32,000 nt of DNA, from the NCBI RefSeq assembly GCF_000008665.1, contig NC_000917.1, forward strand, positions 330,001-362,000. The letters run 5' to 3'. The notes under the pieces are model-generated. The model saw only the letters and a program-made list of their open reading frames with translations. It was not told the DNA's origin and did no database searches. This document shows positions 1 to 8,350 of the stretch, piece after piece; the stretch's first letter is position 1; each line of letters begins with the position of its first letter. Origin of the DNA: Archaeoglobus fulgidus DSM 4304. GTDB lineage: Archaea > Halobacteriota > Archaeoglobi > Archaeoglobales > Archaeoglobaceae. The translations under genes and the position numbers were made by a program.

Positions 1-411
1 GGCAGAGACATTTCAAACATGGACGTTCACATCCAGTTCGTCGGAACCTACGAGGGTGTTGAGGGCGACTCTGCAAGCATAAGCATTGCAACAGCAGTGA
101 TTTCGGCAATTGAAGGAATACCCGTCGACCAGTCGGTGGCGATGACCGGAAGCCTTTCTGTTAAGGGTGAAGTGCTTCCAGTGGGTGGTGTAACGCAGAA
201 AATCGAGGCGGCGATTCAGGCAGGTCTGAAGAAGGTAATCATACCGAAGGACAACATAGACGATGTGCTGTTGGATGCGGAGCACGAGGGCAAAATAGAG
301 GTGATTCCGGTTTCGAGAATCAACGAAGTTCTTGAGCACGTGCTTGAGGACGGTAAAAAGAAAAACAGGCTGATGAGCAAGTTCAAGGAGCTTGAGCTTG
401 CCGCAGTCTGA
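1..411 (+). CDS. lonB: Archaeal Lon (LonB-type) ATP-dependent protease, C-terminal part; gene starts upstream of the window
   Basis: Frame 1 is open from base 1 to the TGA at 409-411. Encoded peptide [70 protein letters not shown] has the Lon catalytic Ser context (EGDSAS) and the downstream catalytic Lys region. Confidence 0.93.
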   Translation, partial: GRDISNMDVHIQFVGTYEGVEGDSASISIATAVISAIEGIPVDQSVAMTGSLSVKGEVLPVGGVTQKIEAAIQAGLKKVIIPKDNIDDVLLDAEHEGKIEVIPVSRINEVLEHVLEDGKKKNRLMSKFKELELAAV

Positions 412-939
412 CTATTTTTCGACTACAATCAGCTTTCCAAATCCCTCTTTTATCTCCGCCTTCAAATTCTGACCTTCAAAGACCTTTTCAAGAAAAGTTT
501 TGACGAACCTCTTGATTTTCAGGTCGTTGAGGATGAGCGTGTAAACACCGTTTCCTTCATCCTTTATCTCATACCAGTTGGCCTTCTCCACGTACCTCAG
601 AATTTTTTCAACGGTGTCAAGACCCTTCATCTTGTACTGCACTGCGTGGCTTAACCCAATTTCCTCCATCTGCCTCCAGAACTCAGAGTTGTTCACCCCC
701 TCAATTTCATTGAAAATTACCCTCCAGTGCTCGATGTCAAGAATCATGTGCTGCCTCTTCGCCAGATAGTCAACCCAAGCCTCAAGCGAGTCTGTATCGA
801 CTCCTAACTGATAAATATCGTACCCGAGGTCGATGAGGTCGCGAATAAGCTCGCTTGTGCTTTTACCAGTCATCTTCCTCATTTTCTCCAACTTTTCCTT
901 GGATTTGTCATCGAGAGAAACACTCAATCTTTCTGCCAT
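412..939 (-). CDS. Ribbon-helix-helix (CopG/MetJ-like) N-terminal domain protein, 175 aa, function unknown
   Basis: N-terminus MAERLSVSLDDKSKEKLEKMRKMTGKSTSELIRDLIDLGYDIY is RHH-like. The stop codon directly abuts the convergent lonB stop. Confidence 0.75.
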   Translation of the reverse strand: MAERLSVSLDDKSKEKLEKMRKMTGKSTSELIRDLIDLGYDIYQLGVDTDSLEAWVDYLAKRQHMILDIEHWRVIFNEIEGVNNSEFWRQMEEIGLSHAVQYKMKGLDTVEKILRYVEKANWYEIKDEGNGVYTLILNDLKIKRFVKTFLEKVFEGQNLKAEIKEGFGKLIVVEK

Positions 940-1157
940 TGTTCCTTTTTAATATCGCTGATTAATTACTCTTTCGATGGTACAACAAGGTACATTGTTG
1001 TGCACTGCAGTGCAATTGTGAGCAAATTTGCGCAAAAGTGTTTTAATTTTCGCAAAAATTTTCATTTTTAATCGTTAATCCCAAATAAAGTTAAATATCA
1101 ATAATTTAACCTATTTTTGGTGATGAATAGATGACGGACTTTAAGGGGGGAGTTTAG

Positions 1158-3203
1158 ATGGCAGACCCGATGGAAGCTATGAAAAAAGAGTTTGAGAACC
1201 GCATCATTCCACCAAGCTGGAAGGACAGGGTTTGGGAAATAGAAGATTACAGGAAGTTCCACGAGGACACCATCAAGGACAAGGAATCGATAGAGAAGTG
1301 GTGGGAGAAGTGGGCAAACGAGATTTTCTGGTTCAGGAAGTGGGACAGGGCTCTTGACGATAGCAACCCGCCCTTCTACAGGTGGTTTGTTGGCGGAGAG
1401 ACGAATCTCGCTTACCTCTGTACCGACTGGCAGATTGAGCAGGGAAGGAAGAACAAGGTGGCGATTATCTGGGAAGGAGAGCCGGTTAAGGAAAATGGAG
1501 AGCCGGTTGAAGTGAGAAAGCTAACTTACTACGACCTTTACAGGGAATCGAACAGGATTGCCGCGATGCTGAAGGACAAGCTTGGAGTTAAGAAGGACGA
1601 GATCCTGACCTTCTACCTGCCAATGATTCCTGAACTGCCGCTTTTCATGCTTGGAGTGCAGAGAATAGGGGCGAAGCACAGCATAGTGTTCAGCGGATTC
1701 AGTGCTCAGGCTCTGGCGGTTAGAATAATGGATGCTGGTGCGAGGTATGTTGTCACTGCAGATGGCGTTTACAGGAGAGGGAAGGTGCTGAACCTCAAAG
1801 CGATTGTAGATGACGCCGTTAAGATTTGCGAGCAGGAGGGTCACAAGGTTGAGAAGGTTATCGTGGTCAAGAGAGCAGGAAATGAAATCCCGTGGAACGA
1901 TAGCAGAGATGTTTGGTTTGAGGACCTGATGGCAGACATTGGAAAGAACGTGAAGGTTGAGTGCGAGAAAATGGGTTCTGAGGACTTCAGCTTCATCCTA
2001 TATACCTCGGGAACCACAGGAAGGCCGAAAGGAGCGCAGCACTCCGTCGGAGGCTATGCGGTTCACCTCTACACTACAATGAAGCTCATTTTCGATATCA
2101 AGGATGACGACATATTCTGGTGCACTGCCGACATCGGCTGGATTACGGGACACAGCTACATTGTTTACGGTCCACTGATGTGCGGTGCGACGACCATGAT
2201 GTATGAAGGCGCCCCAGACTTCCCTGACGTGAGCAGATGGGCAGCGATGATTGAGCGCTACGGAGTGACGATATTCTACACCGCCCCGACGGCAATAAGA
2301 ATGCTCATGCGCTTCCCTGAGGAGAACTACACCAAGTACGACATGTCAACGCTGAGAATAATCCACAGCGTTGGAGAGCCGATTAACCCCGAAGCTTGGA
2401 GATGGTACTACAGGGTTTTCGGTAGAGAAGATGTTGTCTGCTCAAGCACATGGTGGATGACGGAAACTGGGGGTATGCTGACGGACCACTTCCCAGGATT
2501 GGGGAAGATAATTCCACTTAAGCCGGGCACAAATGGCTATCCAATTCCTGGAGTTAGGATGGAGGTTCTTGATGATGAGGGCAATTCTGTGAAACCGGGA
2601 GAAAGAGGCTACCTCGTTATCTCCACACCATGGCCCGGAATGCTCATGACGCTGTTCAAAGACCCAAACAGGTTCATTGACGTTTACTTCGGCAAGTACA
2701 AGAGCAAGGGTTGGTATTACTACACAGGCGACTTTGCCATGTTCGATGAGGACGGCTACGTCTGGGTTCTTGGAAGGGCTGATGATATACTGAAGGTTGC
2801 TGGGCACAGAATTGGAACTGCTGAAATTGAATCGGCAATGGTCTCTCATCCGGATGTTGCTGAAGCAGCCTGCGTTGGCAAATCCGACCCGGTAAAGGGA
2901 GAGATTCCGATAATCTACGTGGTGCTGAGAGAAGGTGTTGAACCCTCACCGGATATGGTGAACGAGCTCAAGAAGCACCTCAGAGCCACTCTCGGCCCTG
3001 TTGTTGCCAGCGATGCTGTGATAACCTTCGTTAACACTCTACCCAAAACAAGAAGCGGTAAAATCATGAGGAGGCTGCTTAGGGCTGTTGCAGAGGGCAA
3101 AGAGCTCGGTGACGTCACAACCCTTGAGAGCGAGGTTGCGGTTGAGGAGGCGAAGAAGGCCTACGAGATGGTTAAGGCGGCCCTTGAGGGGTCCAAATCC
3201 TAA
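1158..3203 (+). CDS. acs: Acetyl-CoA synthetase (AMP-forming), 681 aa
   Basis: ANL superfamily motifs FILYTSGTTGRPKGAQH, WWMTETGG, YYTGDFAMFDEDGYVWVLGRADDILKVAGHRIGTAEIE and TRSGKIMRR. GGGGGAG-like Shine-Dalgarno sequence upstream of the ATG. Confidence 0.95.
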   Translation: MADPMEAMKKEFENRIIPPSWKDRVWEIEDYRKFHEDTIKDKESIEKWWEKWANEIFWFRKWDRALDDSNPPFYRWFVGGETNLAYLCTDWQIEQGRKNKVAIIWEGEPVKENGEPVEVRKLTYYDLYRESNRIAAMLKDKLGVKKDEILTFYLPMIPELPLFMLGVQRIGAKHSIVFSGFSAQALAVRIMDAGARYVVTADGVYRRGKVLNLKAIVDDAVKICEQEGHKVEKVIVVKRAGNEIPWNDSRDVWFEDLMADIGKNVKVECEKMGSEDFSFILYTSGTTGRPKGAQHSVGGYAVHLYTTMKLIFDIKDDDIFWCTADIGWITGHSYIVYGPLMCGATTMMYEGAPDFPDVSRWAAMIERYGVTIFYTAPTAIRMLMRFPEENYTKYDMSTLRIIHSVGEPINPEAWRWYYRVFGREDVVCSSTWWMTETGGMLTDHFPGLGKIIPLKPGTNGYPIPGVRMEVLDDEGNSVKPGERGYLVISTPWPGMLMTLFKDPNRFIDVYFGKYKSKGWYYYTGDFAMFDEDGYVWVLGRADDILKVAGHRIGTAEIESAMVSHPDVAEAACVGKSDPVKGEIPIIYVVLREGVEPSPDMVNELKKHLRATLGPVVASDAVITFVNTLPKTRSGKIMRRLLRAVAEGKELGDVTTLESEVAVEEAKKAYEMVKAALEGSKS

Positions 3204-3218
3204 TTTTTTGGTGGTAGT

Positions 3219-4412
3219 ATGGCTTCAAAGTGGCTCGTTATATTTGCAGGCTTTCTGCTCAATCTCATGCTCGGAATAGTTTACGCATGGAGCGTCTTTG
3301 TTAACCCGCTAATGAATACCTTCGGCTGGAGCAAAACCATCGCTTCACTGCCTTTCTCAATATTCCTGCTGATTTTCGCACTCATGATGGTTCCCGCAGG
3401 AAGAACGCAGGACAGGATAGGGCCGAGAAAGGTTGCAATGCTGGGTGGTGTGCTGCTTGGTGTCGGCTTTCTGCTATCGGGGTTAATTGAGTCCATCCAG
3501 TCACCCTACTGGCTCATTTTCAGCTACGGCGTCATAGCTGGAGCTGGATGTGGACTCGGCTACGCATGCCCCATCCCAGTGGCAAGAAAATGGTTCCCCG
3601 AAAGGGTTGGTCTCGCCACTGGACTGGTGGTCATGGGTTTCGGAATGAGCGCCCTCATCTTTGCCCCCCTTGAGAGGATTTTAATCGATACATACGGCAT
3701 AAGCACCACCTTTTACATTCTTGGAGTCATTTTGCTCATCGTCGCAGTTTTTGCCGCATCTCTGCTTTCCAACCCTCCAGAACTGCCTGCTGTCCAAGCA
3801 TCAAATCCTGCCAAGGTTGAGGTTGTAACAGGTAAGCCTGAGCTCGGGCCGTCAGAAATGCTTAGGGATTACAGGTTCTACGTCCTCTGGCTGAGCTTCT
3901 TCTTCATGGCTCTGGCAGGATTAATGGTCATCGGCCACATCGCTCCCTACGCTCAGGAGAGGGGCTTGGAGCCTCTGGCCGCTGCATTCGCCGTGAGCAT
4001 TCTGTCAGTAGCAAACGCTGTCGGGAGACCGGGGGCTGGAGCACTTTCTGACAAAATCGGCAGGGCAATGACAATGTTCGTCCTCTTTCTGATTCAGGGA
4101 ATTACACTCATTGCCTTCCCGCACGTTGCCCTTACACTGATAACCATCTACATCTGCGCTGCAATAATAGGTTTTAACTACGGAGCGAACTTCTCGCTAT
4201 TCCCTTCCGCCACAGGAGACTTTTTCGGCACGAAAAACCTCGGTGTGAACTACGGCCTTGTCTTTACGTCCTACGGAGTCGGAGGGCTGGTTGGACCAAT
4301 AATGGCTGGTTACGTCTTTGACGTTACGGGAAGCTACGAAATTGCCTTTCTCGTTGCAGGAGTGTTAGCTTTAATTGCAGCCTTTATGAGCTTCCTCCTC
4401 AGGAGGAAGTGA
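3219..4412 (+). CDS. MFS transporter, oxalate/formate antiporter (OFA)-like, 397 aa
   Basis: About 12 hydrophobic segments; starts GFLLNLMLGIVYAWSVFVNPL and contains MMVPAGRTQDRIGPRKVAMLGG. Starts 16 nt after the acs stop, so probably cotranscribed. Confidence 0.85.
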   Translation: MASKWLVIFAGFLLNLMLGIVYAWSVFVNPLMNTFGWSKTIASLPFSIFLLIFALMMVPAGRTQDRIGPRKVAMLGGVLLGVGFLLSGLIESIQSPYWLIFSYGVIAGAGCGLGYACPIPVARKWFPERVGLATGLVVMGFGMSALIFAPLERILIDTYGISTTFYILGVILLIVAVFAASLLSNPPELPAVQASNPAKVEVVTGKPELGPSEMLRDYRFYVLWLSFFFMALAGLMVIGHIAPYAQERGLEPLAAAFAVSILSVANAVGRPGAGALSDKIGRAMTMFVLFLIQGITLIAFPHVALTLITIYICAAIIGFNYGANFSLFPSATGDFFGTKNLGVNYGLVFTSYGVGGLVGPIMAGYVFDVTGSYEIAFLVAGVLALIAAFMSFLLRRK

Positions 4413-4436
4413 ATTTTATTTTTTTAAACAAAAGTG
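4389..4436 (+). repeat. Imperfect direct repeat, copy 1 (partner 4700-4741)
   Basis: AGCTTCCTCCTCAGGAGGAAGTGAATTTTATTTTTTTAAACAAAAGTG compared with AGCTTATCCTCCTCAGGAGGAGGCGAATTTTAAACAAAAGTG. Confidence 0.6.
4391..4425 (+). terminator. Hairpin plus T-tract at the end of the MFS gene, terminator-like
   Basis: CTTCCTCC-TCA-GGAGGAAG (4391-4409) is followed by TGAATTTTATTTTTTT; the stem overlaps the 3' end of the coding sequence. Confidence 0.5.
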
Positions 4437-4516
4437 GTGGGTAATAGCACATATTCTCAAGAGAGACTTAAAAACAAAGCGAAAAATTAAAACATCAGTG
4501 ATTAATTTATTTTAAT

Positions 4517-4693
4517 ATGGAGAGGGCTTACGAACTCTTCCAAAAGCTTCCAGATGACCTGAAGAGAGAAGTTATAGACTACATGGAATTCCTGCTCGAA
4601 AGAAAGGTAAAGAAAAAAGGTGATAAGCTCAAGCTTTCATGGAAAGGTGCTCTGAAAGAGCTGAGAGACAAATACACCTCTGTGGAGCAATAA
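4517..4693 (+). CDS. Small protein resembling a DUF2281/VapB-type antitoxin, 58 aa (not in the supplied ORF track)
   Basis: Hand translation MERAYELFQKLPDDLKREVIDYMEFLLERKVKKKGDKLKLSWKGALKELRDKYTSVEQ*. The YELFQKLPDDLKREVIDYMEFLLE and SWKGALKELRDKYTS segments match the family pattern known from archaeal genomes. No toxin ORF is adjacent. Confidence 0.7.
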   Translation: MERAYELFQKLPDDLKREVIDYMEFLLERKVKKKGDKLKLSWKGALKELRDKYTSVEQ

Positions 4694-4699
4694 TCCTGT

Positions 4700-4741
4700 A
4701 GCTTATCCTCCTCAGGAGGAGGCGAATTTTAAACAAAAGTG
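4700..4741 (+). repeat. Imperfect direct repeat, copy 2 (partner 4389-4436)
   Basis: Contains the hairpin TCCTCC-TCA-GGAGGA (4706-4720) followed by GGCGAATTTTAAACAAAAGTG. Confidence 0.6.
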
Positions 4742-4743
4742 TC

Positions 4744-4981
4744 CACAATCACGCTCTCAGATTGAGGTGTAGAGTTTTGGGCAATGCCCCCGGTCCTGTG
4801 GGTGTCTCACCGTCTTTGAAAACCCACATTGCCCCTACTGGTGGCTCAGAAGAGAGGTTTACGTATTCTTCACCGTTGCTGCTGTGATAAAATTGAAAAC
4901 AACTGCGACTAAGGCAAAGGTGATAAGAACTGCCATTAAAGTCCCCACGACCTCGCTAACACCCTTGGCATTCATTACCAT
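4744..4981 (-). pseudogene. Archaeal type IV pilin-like protein, apparently frameshifted
   Basis: ATG at 4981-4979 gives MVMNAKGVSEVVGTLMAVLITFALVAVVFNFITAATVKNT*, ending at 4859, with class III signal peptide-like polar-GVSEVVG-hydrophobic architecture. A -1 frame continues YVNLSSEPPVGAMWVFKDGETPTGPGALPKTLHLNLRA*. The outer limit of the second segment is approximate. Confidence 0.55.
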
Positions 4982-5025
4982 TATTGCAACAATCACAATT
5001 ATAAGGTTAACTGACAAAAGTAGAA

Positions 5026-6045
5026 TTAAAACTTGAGAACCTTCGGAACGTTAACCTCGTAAGGCGGGTATATCACCCCGTATTCGGTTATGAGGGCCGT
5101 TACGTTTTCAAGAGGCGTTGGGTCGAAGGCGGGATTGTAAACTTTAACGTTTAGAGGGGCAATCTGCCTTTTTCCACAGAAAATCAGCTCCTCCCTCGGC
5201 CTTTCCTCAATCACAACGTCCTTGGCTGTTCTCTCCCAATCAAAGGTCGCCTTTGGGGCGGCAACGTAGAAGGGAATGTTGTGATGCTTTGCCACTACCG
5301 AGACCGTGTAGGTGCCGATTTTGTTAAACACAGCATCCCTCACTATCCTGTCAGCCCCCACTATGACCTTGTCCACCATCCCCTTCTGCATAACTATGCC
5401 CACCATTGAATCAGTTATGAGCGTAACATCAATGCCATCCTCCATAAGCTCCCAGCAGGTCAGCCTTGACCCCTGATTGAGGGGGCGGGTTTCGCAGGCA
5501 ATAACCCTAATCTCCTTCCCCTGCTCCACAGCACTCCTCACAACTCCCAATGCGGTCCCCCAGTCCACTGTCGCAAGTCTTCCAGCGTTGCAGTAGGTCA
5601 GGACAACATCTCCATCCTCAAGCAGCTCCGCTCCATACTCACCCATCTTCCTGTTCCTCTCCACGTCCTCCTCTGCCAGCTTCTCTGCCTCCCTTAGCGC
5701 AAGTTCCTTCACTTCCTCAACGCTCTCCCCCTTCAGAGCTGCGTTGAGTGCCCTCTCTATACCAACAAAGAGGTTCACGGCAGTGGGACGAGTTGAGGCG
5801 AGAAAATCTGCCGCCTTTTTGAGGTGTTCCTTCAACTCATCAACATCAGCAAACTCCCTCTCCCTCGCAGCCAAGGCAATGCCGTAAGCTCCAGCAGCCT
5901 CAAGCGCCGGAGCTCCCCTTACGGCAAGCTTTTTTATCGCATCCGCCAGCTCCTCAACGTTTCTGCACTCAATTACCTCCAGCTTCTCGGGAAGCTTCGT
6001 CTGGTCAATCAGCTTCAACCCATCATCCCAGAATATCGACCTCAT
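5026..6045 (-). CDS. mtnA: Methylthioribose-1-phosphate isomerase / aIF2B-like (MtnA-type), 339 aa
   Basis: Contains ACETRPLNQGSRLTCWELMEDGIDVTLITDSM, KVIVGADRIVRDAVFNKIGTYTVSVVAKHHNIPFYVAAPKATFD and AVRGAPALEAAGAYGIALA. Confidence 0.87.
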   Translation of the reverse strand: MRSIFWDDGLKLIDQTKLPEKLEVIECRNVEELADAIKKLAVRGAPALEAAGAYGIALAAREREFADVDELKEHLKKAADFLASTRPTAVNLFVGIERALNAALKGESVEEVKELALREAEKLAEEDVERNRKMGEYGAELLEDGDVVLTYCNAGRLATVDWGTALGVVRSAVEQGKEIRVIACETRPLNQGSRLTCWELMEDGIDVTLITDSMVGIVMQKGMVDKVIVGADRIVRDAVFNKIGTYTVSVVAKHHNIPFYVAAPKATFDWERTAKDVVIEERPREELIFCGKRQIAPLNVKVYNPAFDPTPLENVTALITEYGVIYPPYEVNVPKVLKF

Positions 6046-6054
6046 TTCAACACC

Positions 6055-6651
6055 TCACTTCAAGACCTTACCCGTCATCTCGGCCCAGATTCTCAAATCC
6101 ATTTCTGCAAGACTCTCTCCCCTCTCCTCCGAAATTTCCATAAGAATTTTCTCAACTTCGAGATACTTCTTCGCCGTCATCGTGCCGGGAACTTCGTAGC
6201 CCTGCCTTTCAAGCCACCTCAGAATGTGCCTGTCTATTATAGCAACATCCTCTCTCCCGACATTCCTGAGAAAGTGGCTTGCCTCCTTCATTCCCAGCCC
6301 CTTTATCTTGAGAAGAATCTCCCTAGCCTTACTGCTTTCAGCCTCCAGAGCCTTCTCCACCAGCTTGAAGCTTTTAAAAGCCTCCCTGATGTACTCAGCC
6401 TTTCTGTTGTGGAATCTCACTCCAGCCAAGGTGAGCGCCTCCTTGACCCCCACTCCCTGTCCTAAAAGCCTCTGGAACTTCAAGCCTGCTGTGGCGGAGG
6501 AGTTGGCTGTTGATATGCAGAAGGCAAGCTCAGTTCTGATGGTTGCCTTCACACTGAAATCAAGAAAGGGCCTGAAGTCGAACTCCACCTCCCCTTTTTC
6601 TCCAAGCTGCCTGAACTCTTTAATGCGCCTTGAAATTGCTTTCTCAATCAT
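6055..6651 (-). CDS. ogg: 8-oxoguanine DNA glycosylase / AP lyase, archaeal Ogg2 type (HhH-GPD), 198 aa
   Basis: HhH-GPD signature GLGMKEASHFLRNVGREDVAIIDRHILRWL with the catalytic Lys/Asp pair. Confidence 0.87.
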   Translation of the reverse strand: MIEKAISRRIKEFRQLGEKGEVEFDFRPFLDFSVKATIRTELAFCISTANSSATAGLKFQRLLGQGVGVKEALTLAGVRFHNRKAEYIREAFKSFKLVEKALEAESSKAREILLKIKGLGMKEASHFLRNVGREDVAIIDRHILRWLERQGYEVPGTMTAKKYLEVEKILMEISEERGESLAEMDLRIWAEMTGKVLK

Positions 6652-7331
6652 AGCAGAAGCGCCTCTCCCTCAACAGCGATGTTTGTGGCGAAGGAGACTG
6701 CTGCAATCCCGCTCTTCTCACAGACCTCTATGGCTGAATCGAGAATTGCTGCTTTCGACGCAATTAAAGGTATCCCAACCCTTGCACACTTCATCGCCAT
6801 TCCTCTCGAAATTCTACCTGAGAGGAGAAGGAAAGTTTTGCTCAGCTCAGCACCTTTTAGCAAAGCTGAGCCAATTGCCTTGTCAACGGCATTGTGCCTG
6901 CCCACGTCATACATCCTCGACACAACACCGTCTTTACCCACTATAACTGCAGTATGATAGCCCCTCGTTTTCCTGTACTCCTCCGTCTCAATGTAATTCA
7001 AAGCCTCCCTGACTTCCTCAAGCGTGAACCTCTCTCCAGCTTTAACCCTCGGTATCTCCTCCCTCTCCCTGAAAACTCCGATGCATCCTGAGGACCTTAT
7101 TGTTGTGGAGCTATGCTCCCCGTCCATCTTAACGTAGATAATGTCATCCTCAATTTTGCTCACCTCAACTTCATCGAGAGACTTGGCAATCCCCTCTGAA
7201 ATTACAAATCCGACCGCAAGCTCTATGAGGTTTTTGGGAGTGCACATCAGGTGGTATTGAGTTCTTCCAGCGATTACTGTAACTCTGCTCTCCCTGGCCA
7301 GTTCAAGAGTCTTTCCGAGTTTTCTGATCAC
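6648..7331 (-). CDS. fdhD: FdhD, formate dehydrogenase accessory sulfurtransferase, 227 aa (GTG start)
   Basis: Contains FVISEGIAKSLDEV, SSGCIGV, GYHTAVIVGKDGVVSRMYDVGRHNAVDKAIGSAL and FLLLSGRISRGMAMKCARVGIPLIASKAA. Confidence 0.93.
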   Translation of the reverse strand: MIRKLGKTLELARESRVTVIAGRTQYHLMCTPKNLIELAVGFVISEGIAKSLDEVEVSKIEDDIIYVKMDGEHSSTTIRSSGCIGVFREREEIPRVKAGERFTLEEVREALNYIETEEYRKTRGYHTAVIVGKDGVVSRMYDVGRHNAVDKAIGSALLKGAELSKTFLLLSGRISRGMAMKCARVGIPLIASKAAILDSAIEVCEKSGIAAVSFATNIAVEGEALLL

Positions 7332-7334
7332 GTC

Positions 7335-7740
7335 GGCAGTTTTGGCACAGGTGTTAAAAAAGTTTGGCGACTAAGAGTGATATGCTAAGAAACTCCTCGG
7401 CGGTTTTCATCACCGCCATGATTCTTGGGCTACTTTTCCCCCTGGCGCAATTAGCCTGAAAGAGGGGTCGATCACGAACGTTCTTCTCAACTACCTTTAT
7501 CTCAGCGGCCTGATTCTGCTTCTCGGTTACATTCTAGCTATTGGTTGGTTTCGTTGTGATGGCTTCTGCCCCTCGTTTCCTGCGCTGTTGCCTACGTTTT
7601 ATCCCTAATCATCACTCCCGCGATTATAATCTGCCTAACCGAAAAGGGTGTTGACACTGCGGAGATTTTCAGAACTCTCCATTTTTGAGGTTCTCGCTTT
7701 TACCTACTTCTCAATCGTGATTAACAAAATAAATCAAAGT
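7335..7740 (+). pseudogene. Possible decayed multi-pass membrane protein gene
   Basis: Consecutive hydrophobic reading fragments in shifting frames: MLRNSSAVFITAMILGLLFPLAQLA* (7382-7459), GSITNVLLNYLYLSGLILLLGYILAIGW (from 7465), LIITPAIIICLTEKGVDTAEIFRTLHF* (7605-7688) and VLAFTYFSIVIN (from 7690). Confidence 0.4.
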
Positions 7741-7758
7741 TAAGAGGGATGGCAAAGG

Positions 7759-7779
7759 TATTTATATGGTATATAAGTC
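7759..7779 (+). promoter_or_regulatory. Probable archaeal promoter of tbp, with two closely spaced TATA-like elements
   Basis: GGTATTTATATGGTATATAAG lies about 20-40 nt upstream of the ATG at 7798. Confidence 0.6.
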
Positions 7780-7797
7780 TTTAAAAATGGTGGTGTT

Positions 7798-8349
7798 ATG
7801 CAGGATTACAAGATAAAAATCGAGAATGTTGTGGCATCAACCCAGATTGGAGAAAATATAGATTTGAACAAGATTTCTAGGGAAATTAAGGACTCAGAAT
7901 ACAAACCAAAGCAGTTTCCCGGACTGGTTTTGAGAACGAAGGAGCCAAAGGCTGCCGCTCTGGTTTTCAGGAGTGGGAAGGTCGTGTGCACAGGCTCCAA
8001 GAGCGTGGAGGACGCAAGAAGGGCGGTAAAGCAAATCGTGAAGATGCTGAAGGAAATCGGCATTTCGGTAATCGACGAGCCTGAGGTGAAGGTTCAGAAC
8101 ATCGTAGCTTCTGCGGACCTCGGAGTTGATTTGAACCTCAACGCAATAGCTATCGGTCTGGGACTTGAGAACATTGAGTACGAGCCGGAGCAGTTTCCGG
8201 GTCTAGTTTACAGGCTTGACAATCCGAGAGTTGTCGTGCTGATTTTCGGTTCCGGCAAGATGGTTGTTACAGGCGGTAAAAGCCCTGAAGATGCTAGAAA
8301 GGCTGTTGAAAGGATTTCTGAGGAGCTCAGAACTCTGGGACTGATGTAA
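7798..8349 (+). CDS. tbp: TATA-box-binding protein (TBP), 183 aa
   Basis: Two direct repeats typical of TBP: [43 protein letters not shown] and [43 protein letters not shown]. Confidence 0.98.
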   Translation: MQDYKIKIENVVASTQIGENIDLNKISREIKDSEYKPKQFPGLVLRTKEPKAAALVFRSGKVVCTGSKSVEDARRAVKQIVKMLKEIGISVIDEPEVKVQNIVASADLGVDLNLNAIAIGLGLENIEYEPEQFPGLVYRLDNPRVVVLIFGSGKMVVTGGKSPEDARKAVERISEELRTLGLM

Positions 8350-8350
8350 G

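Noticed and set aside
4779-4834. Possible H/ACA guide RNA
   Set aside because: The inverted repeat has a one-sided 12-nt bulge, not a two-sided guide pocket, and no clear kink-turn. An ACA on the minus strand is farther from the stem than expected. Kept only as an unexplained structure.
5824-6465. 213-aa plus-strand ORF across mtnA and ogg
   Set aside because: Antisense to two conserved genes and spans their junction; low-complexity Ser/Leu-rich translation typical of shadow ORFs.
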